A stretch of DNA of 55,554 nucleotides. Origin: a virus. Lineage: Duplodnaviria > Caudoviricetes. Below, piece after piece: positions 55,117 to 55,554 of the stretch. Under the pieces are notes generated by a model that saw nothing but the letters and a program-made list of their open reading frames with translations, searched no databases and was not told the origin of the DNA. The position numbers were made by a program, and so were the translations under genes. Every line of letters starts with the position of its first letter. The stretch's first letter is position 1. The stretch is from positions 1 through 55,554 of IMG/VR virus record IMGVR_UViG_3300030325_000004. One strand, 5' to 3'.

Positions 55117-55554
55117 ATGTCGAAAAGTCTTGATCTTTTGCTCGAAAGACTCGGTGCCTGCGCCGAAGCCCGCGAATGGGCGAAAACCCAGCCATCCAGA
55201 AAAGCGGCTTGGGCCAATTGCAAGCGGTCCGACTGGATGCTCTGGATTATCGCCAGATCCGCCATTAACCCGGATGGCCCAAAACTCCGGTTAATGGCTT
55301 GCGACTTTGCCGAAGCCGTTTTACACCTTGTGCCCAAGGGCGAAAACAGGCCCGCTGAGGCGATCCGCGTTGCCCGCCTTTTTGCCGCAGGTGCGGCGGC
55401 ACGCGAAGACCTGGATGCTGCGCGGGCTGCTGCGCGGGCTGCTGCGTGGGCTGCTGCGGGGGCTGCTGCGTGGGCTGCTGCGCGGGCTGCTGCGGGGGAT
55501 GCTGCGCGGGCTGCTGCGCGGGCTGCTGCGCGGGCTGCTGCGTGGGATGCTGCG
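55117..55554 (+). CDS. Ala/Trp-repeat phage protein (Imm5-like 'putative immunity' family), continues across the origin to TGA at 98-100
   Basis: MSKSLDLLLERLGACAEAREWA...DWMLW...RLMACDFAEAVL...RPAEAIRVAR...(AAWDAARAAA)n. Open to the window end and continues in frame at nt 20-100 (...AQQADIIRKYYPNPPKPTEDK*). Not in the ORF track. Confidence 0.8.
   Translation, partial: MSKSLDLLLERLGACAEAREWAKTQPSRKAAWANCKRSDWMLWIIARSAINPDGPKLRLMACDFAEAVLHLVPKGENRPAEAIRVARLFAAGAAAREDLDAARAAARAAAWAAAGAAAWAAARAAAGDAARAAARAAARAAAWDAA
55414..55554 (+). repeat. 12-bp coding tandem repeat (G[AC]TGCTGCG[CTG]GG), continues at 1-37; last 19 nt identical to first 19 nt
   Basis: Direct inspection: tgctgcgtgggatgctgcg is present at both ends. 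Confidence 0.9.

Noticed and set aside
1-55554. Integrase/lysogeny module or phage DNA polymerase
   Set aside because: No ORF has recognisable tyrosine or serine recombinase or polymerase motifs. This was judged by eye and needs HMM confirmation.

Overview
The window looks like a complete, circularly permuted ~55.5 kb tailed phage genome with a podovirus-like (P22/Sf6-type) layout. The last 19 nt repeat the first 19 nt, and one ORF reads in frame across that junction. The + strand (~54.5 kb through the origin to 19 kb) carries small early genes, an SSB-like protein, an initiator with iterons, DnaB, an RNA ligase and nucleases. The - strand (19-53 kb) carries TerS, TerL, portal, scaffold, capsid, tail and ejection proteins, lysis genes, six tRNAs and a phosphoesterase. 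The main finding is at 2820-6859: an integron-type gene-cassette array inside the phage early region. Eleven attC-like hairpins (58-125 bp) each precede one small gene, and I recognise no integrase anywhere in the genome. The attC sites point opposite to their ORFs, three hold the RBS and start codon in their loop, and the cargo includes a Tad2/DUF2829-like anti-defence protein and a DNA methyltransferase-like protein. Also notable: a 370-nt ORF-less group I intron splitting the major capsid gene, four tRNA-Leu genes without the long variable arm, and a candidate structured RNA beside the tRNA cluster. All protein calls come from motif recognition by eye; no database searches were run.
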